Source of the DNA: an uncultured Gemmatimonadales bacterium
GTDB taxonomy: Bacteria; Gemmatimonadota; Gemmatimonadetes; Gemmatimonadales; GWC2-71-9
Direction: 5' to 3'
NCBI GenBank assembly: GCA_963728705.1
Contig: CAVSLY010000021.1
Location: forward strand, 77,887-141,886
DNA length: 64,000 nucleotides
Of the stretch, positions 49,915 through 62,194 are shown piece by piece; within the stretch, counting starts at the first letter, position 1; each line of letters begins with the position of its first letter. The notes below the pieces were generated by a model, which did not search any database, had not been told where the DNA came from, and saw only the letters and a program-made list of their open reading frames with translations. The translations under genes were made by a program, and so were the position numbers.

Positions 49915-52105
49915 CTACCGTAGCTCGATCGAAACCGAGGTCACTGGGGTGAAGCCGTCGGCGCTGAACCGGATGGTGTAGTCGCCCTTGGGACCGTCGA
50001 TGGCGAGGTCGTGGAACTTCGCCCGACCCTTGTCGTCCGTCGCTATCGCGACCGGCCCCGTGAGCGAGCCCGAACCCGTGAGGAGCGAAGCGGTCACGGT
50101 GACGCCCGAGTGCTCGAGCGGTTTCCCGTCCGCCTTCAGCAACTGCACCTCGGGCTGGTGCCCAAAGGGATCGCCGGAGTGCGCAGTCGAGGACGGCTGC
50201 CTCCGAAGCGACAGCGACGGGACAGCGACGGCGTGAGGCTCGGTATCCAAGCTGCCGGCGAAGCCTTCCGACCCGGCGTAGACCGCAGTCAGGGTCTGAC
50301 TCCCCTCGGTCAGCGGGGTCAGATCGCAGGCTCCCTGGGCCACAGTCGCGGTGCACGAGCCCCCGCCGCTGGCCGTCACCGTCACCGTGCCAGCCGGAAC
50401 GCCGGTCGCCGCGGTGACGTCGAAGCGAACGGTCACCGCTTGGCCGACCGCGGACGGGTCGGGATCATCGGCGGTGATCGACGTGGTCGTCGCCGTCTGC
50501 GGTGGCGCGTTCACCACGTGACCCGTGCTGGCGCTGCTGGGCTCGAACTCCGTGGCTCCCGAATACGCCGCCGTCAGTGTCCGGGTTCCCACGCCCGTCG
50601 GCGCCAGAGTGCACGCGCCGTCGGCCACACTCGCCTCGCAGGTGGTGCCGTCATCGGCGCTCACGCGCACCGTGCCGGTCGGCGTCCCGCCGGGCGAGCG
50701 GACCTCGAAGCGCACGCGGACCGGCACCCCCGGCGCCGACGGGTCCGGATCGTCGGCGAGGATGACGACGGTTGTTCCGGCCCTGGAGAGCTGGATCGAG
50801 CCCGAGCTCACTCCGGTGTACCCCGTCGCCGTGAAGGCGAGGACGTATGCGCCGGGAGGCCCTTCGATCGCGAGGTCGTCGAACTCGACACGGCCGTCGC
50901 TGCCGGTGGACCTGGTGGTGGTGCCTCGCAGAGTGCCCCCGCCAGCCAGCGACACGTTGACAGCCACGCCGGCCACCCGACGCGCGCCGCCGCCAGGATC
51001 GCGGAGCTGGATCGTCGGCCGACGGCCGAACGGGACGCCGCGCTTTGCCGTCTCGGGCGGCTCGGTCACCAGCGAGAGCGTGGGCGGTACCCCCGGATTC
51101 CCGGTGGCGGTGAAGCCGACCGTGCCGACGCCGGATACGACTGCCGTGGCGGTGTTGGCCCCGGGCGTGGCGCCGAGGGTCCAGCGGGTCGAGGCCCGGC
51201 CCTGCGCATCCGTCCGGCCGGTCTCTGGCGCCAGGCTCCCGCCTCCATTGCCGATCACCCAGGTGACGGCGAGATCAGCGACCGGATTGCCGGACCCGTC
51301 CTTCGCCCGCACCACCAGGGGCTCGCGCACGGACGTACCGGCCAGGGCCGACTGCCCGTCGCCGGAGACGCGCTCCAGCACCGTGGCGGATCCGGACGTC
51401 GCGTTGTGTGTGAACGTCACGGGCGAGCCGGCCAGATCGGCCGCGCTGGCGGTGGCGTGCTGCACCCCCGCGGCGGCACCCAGGGTCCGTTCAGCGGAGA
51501 CGAGACCATCAGCCCCGGTTACCGTGGCCGACGGTGTGACGCTACCGGCGTCCGCAGCCCAGGCGATCTCCACGCCGGAGATCGGATTGCCGAAGGCATC
51601 GGTCACCTGGACCACCAGCGGGCTGGGAAGCGCACCGCCGGCCGGCGCCGACTGGTTGTCGCCGGCGACCGCCGACCAACTGGTTGGCGTCAGACGATAC
51701 GGCGTCGAACCGGAGTGGCGCGAACAGCACTCGCTCGCCGTCGGCGATCGCCACCCGCACCTCGGCCGCTGCCCCTCCAACGTGGGTGCCGAGCACGATC
51801 CGAAACGCGACCTGACCTTCGCCATCGGTCTCGGCGGTGTCGGGCGCGACCGTGGCGCCGCTCGGGTCGCCGGTGAATGCGAAGGCGACGCGCACGCCGC
51901 TGACGGGCCGGCCCTGGGAGTCGGTCACCCGGGCGACCACCGGCTGAGCCAGCACCAGGCCGACACGCCCGCTCTGCTCGTCACCCTGGACGATTTCGAT
52001 GGCCGCGGGCTCGCCGTCGCCAGGCAGCACAAGGTCGGCGCCGCCGCAGCCCACGAGCAGGAACGCGACCTGAACAAGGCGGAGAGCGTGCCTGACTGTG
52101 AACAC
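49915..52105 (-). CDS. Ig-like repeat lipoprotein, one frameshift near 51.7 kb
   Basis: The N-terminus is in ORF 51542..52105 (VAFLLVGCGGADLVLPGDGEPAAIEIVQGDEQSG..VTDSQGRPVSGVRVAF). The remainder is in ORF 49915..51825 (AGDNQSAPAGGALPSPLVVQVTDAFGNPISGVEIAW.., and Cys-pair modules TCEASVADGACTL, SCTATVAQGACDL). Confidence 0.8.
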
Positions 52106-52207
52106 AGGGCTCGGCGATGGAAGTGCGAACGCGAGGTGCGAGGATCGGCCAAGAAAATACGGACGGCGCCAGCGCGCCGTCCGTGAAGTGGGTCACCAGC
52201 CGAGGCT

Positions 52208-55200
52208 CAGTTGATCGTGATGGTGAACGTCTGCTCCTCGCTGGCGTCGACGCCACCGTTCGACGTCCCGCCGTTGTCCTCGACATGGACGGTCACGGTC
52301 GCAGGACGCCGGCAAGATGCTCGGGGTGAAGCTCAGGGTGCCGTCAGGGGAGATGCTGGGCGGCGAGATGAAGTGCAGCGAGGTCCAGGAGACCTACACT
52401 TGCGGAGTAGGTCAGCGCCTGGGCGCTTTCATTTGCGGGGCCGGCGCTGCCCGGTCGCCCACGCCTGGCTGTACGCACCGCTGCCAGCGTTCACCGAGAC
52501 GTCTCCGCCGGAGACGAAGCTGGGCGCGTCGTTGACCGCGTCGACCGTGATCGTCACCGTGACGGTGCCCGAGCTGAGCGTCCCGTCGGTGGCGTGGTAG
52601 GTGAAGCTGTCCTCGCCGTTGAAGTCGGGCTCCGGCACGTAGGTGAACGAGCCGTCGCCATTCAGATCGAACGTCTGCGCGTGGGACGGGCCAGTCCCGA
52701 GGACCGCCGTCAGCGCGTCGTTGTCCGGATCGTCGTCGTTCGCCAGCACGCCGGTGCCGGCGGCCGGCGTGAGCGAGCCATCCTCTCCGACATTGTAGCC
52801 GTCGGCCACGGCCGTCGGCGCGCTGTTGCCCCCCTCGACCACCTGCGTGATGGCCGCCGAGGTGCTCGTCTTGAAGGTCGTCGAGCCCTGATAGGTGGCG
52901 GTGATGGAGTGACTGCCCACAGTCAGGTTGTCCACTTGGATCGAGGCGTTTCCCGATCCGCCCACGTTGTCCTGCCCGATTTGGGTGGCCCCATCGAAGA
53001 AGCGCACCTGGCCGCTGGGATTTCCGGTGCCCGAGGTCGCCGTGACATGCGCCGTGAAGGTGACGTTGTCGCCGGACGTGGAGGGGCTGCCGGAGGAGGA
53101 CACCGTCGTGCTGGTCTCGCCCTGCACCGTGTGCCGCTCGTTGTCGTTCGAGGCGTTGAAGTTGGCGTCGCCCGGGTAGCTCGCCGCGATGGTCGGCGTG
53201 CCGTTGGCGGTGAATACCAGGTCGCAGCTACCGGTGCCGAAGGTCGCGGGCGCCGTGCAGCCGGCCGAGCCGCTCGCGGTCACGGTTACGGTCCCGGTCG
53301 GCGTGCCGCCGCCGGCTCCGGTGGCCGCCAGGGTCCACTGCACCGTGACGGTCTCGCCGATGACGGACGGCTCGGGCTGATCGCTCGACACGATGAGCGA
53401 GGTGTTCGCCTTGTTCACCGTGTGCGACGTGGATCCGGAGATCGACGACTCGAAGTTGACGTCACCGGAGTACGTCGCGGTGACGTTCCGGGTGCCGGGC
53501 GAGGAGAACGGGATGGAGCAACTGCCGATGCCGGAGCCCGAGTTGATCGCCCCGACGCAGCTTTCCGTCCCGTCCGTGACCGTGACGGTGCCGGTCAGCG
53601 TACCCGCCCCCGGCGCCACGATGTTGACGTCGTAGTTGAACACCACCGACTGCCCGACCACCGAGCTGCCCGACGGCGACTTCGAGGTGATCGTGGTCGT
53701 CGTGCTCGCCTTGGCCACGTCGAACGCCACGCTCGTCTGGCTGCTTATTCCCGACGACAGGGCGGTGAGGGTGTAGTTCCCTGCCTTGTTGATGGCAAGA
53801 TTCGAGAACGTGGCCGTACCGAAGAATGGTGTTACCGTCGCCGTGCCGGAGAGGGTGCCGGTGACGGATGACGTCAGCGTGATCGGACTGAAGGCCGTCA
53901 GCACCGGATTGCCACCCGCGTCCTGCACCTGCACCTGGAGGGACGGCGAGAACTTCTCGCCGACCACGCGGTCCGTCGGCTCCGTGAGGAACACGAGGTG
54001 GTTGGCCGAACCGGCCAGGATGTCGAAGGCAGGGCTGGTGGCGTCGGTCAAGCCGGTGGAGACCGCGGTCAGGGTGTACCCGCTCCCGGCCTTGTCAATC
54101 GAGAGAGTCGAGAAGACGGCCACACCGTTGACGGCGCTCACCGTCGTGGTGCCCGAAAGCGTGCCGGCCCCCGGGTTCGCCCCGATGGCGAGGGTGACCT
54201 GGCCGGTGGCCGAGGTGACGGTGTTGCCGCTCGCATCCTGGATGGCCACACGCACGGTGGGCATCTGGCTGCCCGCGCTGGTGGTCACCGGCGCCTGCGT
54301 GAAGGCCAGCTTCGTGGCCGCCCCCGCCTCGGCCGTCGCGGTGAACGGCACCGACGGCACGCCCGAGAACACCGCATTGATCAGGTTGGAACCGGCGTTC
54401 GGCCCCAGGGTCCATCGCGTCCAGGCGAAGCCCGTTGGGATTGGTGGTGGTGGTGGCCGGGCTCGGCGAGCCGCCGCCCGTGCCGACCACCCAGCTGATC
54501 GCCTTGCCGCCGACGCCGTTGCCGTTGTCGTCCACCAGGCGGACGACCAGGGAGTCGGCGAGCTGTGCGCCCACGGCGCCGGTCTGCGTGTTGCCCGACA
54601 CCAGGACGAGCGAGGTCGGATTCGCCGGCTCGGCCGTCTGCGTGAAGGTGACCGAGGCGAGCCCGACCGAAGAGGCCTGCGCCGTTTGCGGCCCCGAGGC
54701 ATTGCCGAGCACGCGCTCCGCCGCGGCCGTGCCGTCGGCGCCGCTCGATACGCTGGCCGGGCTGATGGACCCGCCGCCGACCACCGCCCACTGTACCTCG
54801 ACCCCCGCGACCGGATTGCCCAGATCGTCCGTCACCCGGACCACGAGCGAGTCGGCGAGGGCCGAGCCGACGGCCGCGACCTGGTTGTTGCCGCTCACCA
54901 GCTCGAGCAGCGCACCGACACCCGAGACCGCGGAGGCACTGAAGTTCACGAGCAGGTCGTCGCCGCTCACCTGGGCTTTGACCCGCTGCTGGCCGGCCGT
55001 GGTGCCAAGCGTCCAGGTCGCGGACGCCGTACCGTCATCTCCGGTCTGGACGCTGGCCGGCGACACCTGGCCGCCGCCCGCATCGATCGCAAAGACGACC
55101 GCCTGCCCCGCGACCGGGCGATCGAGCCCATCGGTCACCTTGACCACGATCGGCTTGGCGAGCGTCGCGCCAGCGGGTGCCGACTGCTCATCGCCGTCCA

Positions 55201-55314
55201 CGATGGCGATCTTCGCGGGCCGCGATTCGTTGGGCAGGACGATGCCATCCCCGCCGCAGGCGGCGAGCATGGTGGACAGACCGAACGCGATCAGGGACGC
55301 GTAACGTCGCCGTG
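52208..55314 (-). CDS. large Ig-like / cadherin-like repeat lipoprotein (about 1030 aa), two frameshifts
   Basis: A candidate TTG start is at 55314 (TSTRRRYASLIAFGLSTMLAACGGDGIVLPNES). Multiple Big-type modules follow, then Cys-pair modules (SCVGAINSGSGIGSC, GCTAPATFGTGSC). A cadherin-like segment reads NSAPTAVADGYNVGEDGSL..VLANDDDPDNDALTAVL..DAVNDAPSF. The end reads ..EEQTFTITIN-stop at 52208. The shifts are near 54.44 kb and 52.44 kb. Confidence 0.75.
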
Positions 55315-55489
55315 TCGAGGTCAATGTGTGCCGAGTCGTTGGTTGAGGAGTGTCCGCGCCGTCATCCTGATTGAGAGCAGGATACGTGCCTGGGGGGGAG
55401 GGGGGCCAGGGGAGGCAACCCCATGACACGCCCACAGATCACTTGTTGGTCGCCGACTGGGTGTGGCGTAGTCGCAACAACAGCTTGGA

Positions 55490-56215
55490 TCAGAACAGGA
55501 CCGTGGCCGTGAAGGTCACAGGGGAACCGTCCGCATGCTCGACTTTGGCCGTGGCCCGCTGCACGCCGACCCGGTTTCCCAACGTCCAGGTGACGCTGGT
55601 CGTGCCGTCGGATCCCGTAAGGGTGGCTTCGGCGCTCACGTCGCCGCTGCCGGACGCCGTTTCCCACCGTACCTCGGCTCCGGCCACGGGGTTGCCGAAC
55701 CGATCCACGGCCATGACGACCAGGGGCTCCGGCAGCGGCTCGCGCCGGTTCCCGGGCTGGATGGCCTGGCTGACAGCGCGGACGGTGTCGGGGGCGCCGG
55801 GATCTGCTGTGGCCTGCAGGGGGGCAATCGGGAGCGCGGACTCGCCGTCGGGCACCAGGCGTGCCTCGGCCGTATAGACGCCGACGGCCGTGCCAAGCAC
55901 CCAGCGGGCCTCCGCCTGCCCTTGGGCGTTGGTCATGGCGGTATCGGGATCGAAGCCGGCACCGGCGCCTTGGGCCACCACAAAGGCCACTTTCCGGCCA
56001 GGCAAGAGCCTGACCAGCATCGGTCTTGACCTCGACGACGACCGGGGCAGGCAACTCTTCCCCGACGGTCCCCACCTGGCCGTCGCCATTCACCACCGCC
56101 ATCGCGAGCCGCGGGGCGTAGTCGATCCGGGCAGGGTGAGGTCCCCACTGCAGCCCAATAGGACCAGCAAGACAGCGGGCCCGGGTACCTGCCACAACGC
56201 TGCAATTCTTTTCAT
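55490..56215 (-). CDS. short Ig-like lipoprotein (about 240 aa), frameshifted near its 5' end
   Basis: The ATG at 56215 begins MKRIAALWQVPGPAVLLVLLGCSGDLTLPG. Two Big-type modules follow (VNGDGQVGTVGEELPAPVVVEVKTD.., VVMAVDRFGNPVAGAEVRWE..VTFTATVLF-stop). Confidence 0.7.
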
Positions 56216-56261
56216 AGCATCACCTTCGGGGACTGGGTCCAGTCCCATCTAGGATACGTCC

Positions 56262-56864
56262 TCAGCGTCCGGACTGGAAGAGGACGCCGATGCCGAAGTT
56301 CACGATCCGCTCCCGATACCGGTCGCCGCCCCGGCCGGTGTAACGGTGCTGGATGAGGTCGATCGCCGGGTTCAGGTACAGCCGGCGACCGACCCGGACC
56401 TCCCAGCCCGCGCCCACCAGGCCCGCAAAGCCGGTATCGCCAAGGCCGAAGCCGTCGTCGAAATCGACCTCGCTCCTGCCGAGTCCGAGGCCGCCCTTGA
56501 GATACAGTCCGGTGAGAGGAGCGGGATAAAATTGCCCGATGAAGAGGAGGCTGGTGAGTGACTCGGTGCGGTCGCCCTGATCGTCGATCCAGCCCTGGAT
56601 CTCGCCGCCGAGGCGAAGGTAGCGGCTCGGCGTCCCGCCGAGGCGGACGGAGATGGTTGGCCGGTAGAGGTCGCCGCTGTATCCGGCGCCATCACGCAGG
56701 TCGAACGCTTCGCCGCCGGCACCCACACCGAGCGCGCCCCAGAAGCCGTGCCGACCGCGGTCGCTGACCTCCACCAGGCCGCGCGGCGCATCCTGCGCGG
56801 CGGCCGCGCCACCGAGGACCAGGATCGCGGCGGCAGCCATGACGCCAGGCCAAATGGTCCGCAT
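56262..56864 (-). CDS. small outer-membrane beta-barrel protein (about 200 aa)
   Basis: The ATG at 56864 begins MRTIWPGVMAAAAILVLGGAAAAQD. The sequence is Gly/aromatic-rich and alternating. The C-terminus reads IVNFGIGVLFQSGR-stop. It is the first gene of the Ig-like lipoprotein array. Confidence 0.65.
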   Translation of the reverse strand: MRTIWPGVMAAAAILVLGGAAAAQDAPRGLVEVSDRGRHGFWGALGVGAGGEAFDLRDGAGYSGDLYRPTISVRLGGTPSRYLRLGGEIQGWIDDQGDRTESLTSLLFIGQFYPAPLTGLYLKGGLGLGRSEVDFDDGFGLGDTGFAGLVGAGWEVRVGRRLYLNPAIDLIQHRYTGRGGDRYRERIVNFGIGVLFQSGR

Positions 56865-57030
56865 GTTCCACCTCGCCGTCGTTAAGTTGCGGTCGTCCAG
56901 GAATGTGGTTCTGCCGCGGGGCAAGAGACGGACCGCAGCGGCGCCCTCCGACATCCGATTGCTCCGGCAGCGCTTAGCGGACCGGCTCAGGGCTCCGGCC
57001 GGCCCGCCCCGTCCTCGTCCCCAGACAGCG

Positions 57031-57734
57031 ATGTCACCGACCACTCGCCGCCTCGTGATGGCCCTGCTGCTTGTGACCGCGGCCGGCTTCGCCTGGCTCG
57101 GCCTTTGGCAGCTCAGCCGGTTGCGCGAGCGCCGCGAGGCGAACCTGCACATCGCGGCGGCGCGGGCAGCGCCACCGGCCACGATGCCGCCCGTGCCGGC
57201 GGACGCGGACGGGCTGGCCGAGCGCCGCATCGTGGCGCGCGGTCGGTACGACCATGCCCACGAGATCGTCATCCGGGGCGACGTATTCCAGGGCGTGCCA
57301 GGCGTCCGGATCGTCACTCCGCTGCTGCTGGGCGACGGCGGGCCGGCGGTGCTGGTGGACCGGGGCTTTCTCCCGGCGCCGGACGCGGTCACCGTGGACA
57401 CGCGTGGGTCGGAGGAGCCGGGCGAACGGACGGTGCGCGGTGTCGGGCTACCGGTGCCGGCCGGCCCGGGCGAGCCGATCGAGCACGACGGACGCAGCGA
57501 CATGGCGGCGGCTCGACCTGAGCGCGCTGCGCGCGCGGCTGCCCTATGCGGTGCTGCCGGTGTACATCAAGCAGAGGCCCGGACAGTACGCTGCCCGCGT
57601 TTCCCCGGCGAGCGGACCTGCCGCCGATGGATGATGGGCCGCATCTGAGCTACGCGGTGCAGTGGTTCTTGTTCGCGGGAATGGCGGTGGCGTTCGCGTT
57701 TCTGGTGGTCGGGAGGCGTGGCGGCTCAGGATGA
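57031..57734 (+). CDS. SURF1-family cytochrome oxidase assembly protein, two frameshifts
   Basis: Fragments: MSPTTRRLVMALLLVTAAGFAWLGLWQLSRLRERRE; GVPGVRIVTPLLLGDGGPAVLVDRGFLP; then LPYAVLPVYI and GPHLSYAVQWFLFAGMAVAFAFLV in other frames. Confidence 0.75.
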
Positions 57735-57746
57735 CGTCACGAAACC

Positions 57747-59033
57747 TCAGGTCGCCGGGCGCGGGCCGTCGAGCTCCTCGATCGTGCGCGTGGACGGCTC
57801 GCGCTCACGCTGCAGCCGCGCAGCGGTCCGCTCGGCCTGACGCAGTGCCCGCAAGCAGGTTCTGTCCGGCGAGCTTCTTCAGGTCCGGCGTCGCTCCAGC
57901 CCCGGCGGATGAGCTCGGCGAAAAGATCCGGAAACTTCGACACGTCCTCGAGGCCTACGGGCACGTAGTCGATGCCGTCGAAGTCGCTGCCGATGCCGAC
58001 GTGATCCACGCCCGCCACCTGGCGCACGTGGTCGATGTGATCGGCCACCTGCGCCAGCGTCGCGCTGGGCGACGGGTGGGCCTTCTCCCATGCGTCCATC
58101 TGCCGGTTCCGCTCGGCGCTATCGGGCACGGCCGTCCGGAGCGCCTTGCCGTTCCGACGTCGGCCGAATCCTCCCAGACCTTGAACTCGGCCGAGACGAA
58201 CTGCGGCACGAACGTCACCATGACGACCCCGCCGTTCTTCGGCAGGCGGGCGAGGATGGAGTCGGGGACGTTGCGCGGATGATCCACGAGCGCGCGGGAC
58301 GCCGAGTGCGAGAAGATGACCGGGGCCTCGCTCACGTCGAGCGCCTGGCTCATGACGGCCGGCGAGACGTGCGAGAGGTCGACCAGCATCCCGAGCCGGT
58401 TCATCTCGCGGACGACCTCGCGGCCGAACTGGGTGAGCCCCCGGTGTCGGGCGCTGTCGAGCGCCGCGTCGGCCCAGTCGAGGGTCACGTTGTGGGTGAG
58501 CGTCATGTAGCGGGCGCCGAGCGCGTAGTAGGACCGGAGCACGCCGAGCGAGTTCTCGATGGCGTGCCCGCCCTCCATGCCGAGCAGCGAGGCGAGCCGG
58601 CCGCGCTTCACGCTGCGCTCGATGTCGTCCGCCGTGAGCGCCAGCGCGAGCTTGTCCGGGTAGCGGGCGATCATCCGGCGGGCGATGTCGAACTGCTCGA
58701 GCTGCACCCGCGCGTAGCCGCTGTCCTTCATCTCGCCGTCGATGTAGATCGACCAGAACTGCGCCGCCACCTGTCCCTCCTCGAGCCGCGCGAGATCGGT
58801 GTGCTTGGGCGACGGCTGCGCGGAGGTCATAGGCGGCCACGTCGCGTGGGTGGCCCTCGGCGCGGCGGATCTCCCACGGCAGGTCGTTGTGGCCGTCGAT
58901 GAGCGGCGTCGACCGCAGCAGCGCGCGGGCATGGGCGAGCGCGGCGTCGGGGGCCTGCGCGGCGGCGGGTGCGGTCATCGCCAGTGGAGTGAAGAGGAGT
59001 GAGAGGAGGAAGACGGGTCGGGATGGCGCTCAC
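57747..59033 (-). pseudogene. membrane dipeptidase (peptidase M19), several frameshifts
   Basis: Fragments: [14 protein letters not shown]; QFWSIYI; [33 protein letters not shown]; [27 protein letters not shown]; [11 protein letters not shown]; [12 protein letters not shown]. The start is GTG 59033 (signal peptide partly in another frame) and the stop is TGA at 57747-57749. Confidence 0.8.
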
Positions 59034-59036
59034 GTG

Positions 59037-59518
59037 TCACCGTTCAGTGAATAACTGGACCTGCGAGGGCAGGCCGAGCTGCACCAGCTCGGGCCGAACG
59101 AGGAACTCGGGACAGATGGTGCGGTCGTACTCGTAGGGGCCGCCGGTCTCCGCGTCGGTCCACGGGAAAGCCGCGGCAGACGGCGGGATAGTACGGCTCC
59201 GCGTGAATCGTGCAGACGTTGTCCTTGAGGAACACGCAACGCCGGCTCCGCACGCGCGTGCGCCATTCGCCCCATCGCGTCCGGTACACGACCGACGCCG
59301 CCATGGACGCGCGCGATGGCGGCGGCCTCGTCGTCACTCAGGGTGACGCCGTAGGCGCAGCAGGACGATAGATGGGGACAGGGATAGCACGGGAGCGATG
59401 GATATTCGTGCATGCGGCAACTTAGCGGCTCAGGACCGCCCGGGACAGGCTCGTCCAGCGCGCTGCGGACGCGGCGCACCTCCGTCTTCAGGACCGGCAG
59501 CAGCGCGATCGATTCCAT
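59037..59518 (-). CDS. YkgJ-family Cys-cluster (zinc/iron-chelating) protein, frameshifted
   Basis: Fragments: LPCYPCPHLSSCCAYGVTLSDDEAAAI; RRCVFLKDNVCTIHAEPYYPAVCRGFP; and the terminal WTDAETGGPYEYDRTICPEF..LFTER-stop in a third frame. Confidence 0.6.
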
Positions 59519-59534
59519 CCCTCGACATGGGGCC

Positions 59535-62185
59535 TTACGGCGGGCCGTCGACCAGTACCGTCACGATCGCCCGGGGGCCGGCGCGGAACGGGATCGAGCG
59601 GCCACCGTCGGCCAATGATGAGCGCCCGGGTGCCCCGCTCGTCGGCGCGAACCAGCTCGGCGCGCGCCGCCGCACGGCCGAGCCGCCAGCGCCCCATCCA
59701 CGGGCTCCGTCCCCGCGTTGTAGCAGCGCAGCACCAGCCCGCCGGAGCGCGACCGCGGCTTGACCGCCGAGAGGACGAGGCCGCTGCCCTCGAGCCGAAC
59801 GTCCAGGCCGGGGCGACCGGAGGGTCGTCGCCTGGCGGAGCCAGAGCGCTCGGGGCGGCAGGAACACGTCCTCCCACAACTCCGGCAGCGCGCTCCCTGC
59901 CTGGAGATCGGCATCGCCAACAGGCACCAGGGCGAGCTGGAAGCGGTCTCCACCGGGACACTGGGCATCGGGCGTCGCGCATGGGCCATCCCGCGTGGCC
60001 AGGGCGGGTGGACAAGATCGCCGCGGGACAGCTGGCCCACGCAGCGGAGGAGGGTCATCCGGAGGTCGCCGTCCTCCGCGAGCTCGTACTCGAAGAACCC
60101 GGGCGCCAGCAGCGCCAGCCCCCGGGGGCCCGAGGCCACGGCGACATAGCGCTGCGCCGGGGCGGTCGTCACGGGAGTCTCGCGCGGATAGCGGGCGCCA
60201 TCCGCGACGGCCGCCTGGCGCGTCACCGGCCCGAACGGCCCGCCGGCCACCGCGGGCATGGCCGGAACCCCGCTCGGGACGCGCAGGCGGAGCCGATGGT
60301 TGGTGGCGCGGTTGTCGAGCTCGGCCGTGCAGCGGAGTGCCGCGCTGTGGGCGTGCAGAGTCAGGAGCAATCGCGCGGCCACCTGGCCGGACCCGCATGC
60401 CAGGGTGCTCCGAACCTCCAGTGTGGCCACCAGCGGCCCGCGCGCCAGCACGCGAACGGACGCCGGGCCACGCACGCGGCGGACGCGGTCACGCGGCGGC
60501 GGTGCATACGTGTAGGTGTCACCGATGTCGCCGGAGGACTCGAGGCCGAGGAGCGCCGGATACAACAGGCCGGTGCGGCGGTCGGCCAGGGTGACGGTAC
60601 CGTCGCGGCCCACGGTGAGCGCGACGAGCCCGTTGTCGAGGCTGCGGGCCCCGGCCCGCACTCCCGGCTCCTGCGGAGCCCGACTCCGATCCACCGGCTC
60701 GAGGACCGCGAAGCCGAGCCCACCCAGTGCCGGAGCGCGAAAGGCGATGCGGGTGACGTCGATCTCGTCCTGATCGGGATAATGGCGCGGGGCGTCGAGG
60801 CGCTCGTGCGCCCGCGCACTGCCGAGCGGTTGGACGCCGAGTGGCCCGTCGGCCCCGGCGAGGGCGACCTCGCGGGCGCCGCCGCCCTCGCGCGGCGCCC
60901 GCGGACCGGGGGGGCCGACGAACACGTCGCGGCGAAACCAGGTCAGGTCCGCCACGACCACGCTCCCCGCCCGCGGGCGCGCCACCGGATTCCAAAGGAC
61001 GAGGCGCGACGCGGTCTGCCTGGGATGGTCTCGCGCGTCGTCGGGATCGTTGCCGATCAGGGCGTCGAGACTCGCGCGGGCGATCTCGCCGGCCGCCAGC
61101 ATCACGTCGTCGAGCCGGCCCGCCACCCGCCGCGCGACCGCGTCCGAGGTGCAGCCGCCGATGGAGTCGTGAAACTGGGACCGCACCAGCGCGCGCCACG
61201 TATCGTCGAGCAGCGGTCGGCGATCGCCGAGTCCCAGGGCTCCGGCGAGCGCGGCGAGCGGCTCGGCCACGCGCTCGAGCCGCAGCTCGGCCTCCGCGTG
61301 CCGGCGCTTCAGCGGTGCGCGGGTGGCGTGCACGCCCTGCAACGTCCAGGTGTAGCCGTAGGACCAGCGGAGCTCGCCGTGCAGCGGGGGAGCGCCATCG
61401 GCCTCGGCGGCCGCCGCGCGGAGAAACTCGTCCAGGCGCGAGACCCGTACGTCGGCCTCCGGCTCGAGCGCCGCGAGCAGCTCGCGCACGCGCCCGATCG
61501 CCACCGGCGCAGCGTGATGGTCCGCTCCAATCGTCACTGCGAGGTGCGGCGTCGCCGCGCGGCTCGCAAGCACCGGGCGGAGCCGCGCCCATTCATCGGC
61601 GAGCCGCGCCGGCTCGGCGACCAGCGCGGATCCGGCCTCATAGCCGTCGGGAGGCAGGTGGTGCAGCAGGATCGCGCGGCCGTCGGGAGCGTACCAGCGA
61701 TAACTGTCGCCCTCCTGGCCCGGTTCGCCCCCGAGCCCCCGCCAGAGCACGCCACCTGCCATGGCGAATTCGGCGGCGAGCGCAGGCCAGATAGCGGGAT
61801 GCCCGAACGCATCCGGAGAGTAGAAGCCGTCCGACCGCCCTCCCAGACGCTCGGCGTCGGTGCGCCCGAGGAGCAGGTTCCGCACGAGGCTCTCGCCCGA
61901 GGGAACGAGCTCGTCGGCCAGAACGTACCAAGGGCCGATCTCCAGCCGGCCGGCGCGGACCAGGTTGGCGACGCGGACACGCTGGTCGGGGCGGACGCGC
62001 AGATAGTCCTCGAGCAGCACGGTCTGGCCATCGAGGAAGAAGCTGCGGAAGTCGGCGTCGGTCTCGAGGCGGGTGAGGAGGTCGTCCAGGGCGGGAACGA
62101 GGCGGGCGACGAAGGTGGCGCGGGGCAGGTACCACTCCCGATCCCAGTGGGTATGTGGGATGAGGTGGATGACCAGGCGGGCCAC
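59535..62185 (-). CDS. GH38-family alpha-mannosidase, intact for about 750 aa then 3 frame changes in the last about 500 nt
   Basis: The N-terminus reads MARLVIHLIPHTHWDREWYLPRATF..FLDGQTVLLEDYL..GRLEIGPWYVLADELVPSGESLVRNLL..YSPDAFGH. The C-terminal pieces (CPGGDRFQLALVP, LDVRLEGSGLVLSAVKP..LVLRCYN, IPFRAGPRAIVTVLV) lie in different frames. Confidence 0.85.
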
Positions 62186-62194
62186 GGCCCGCCC

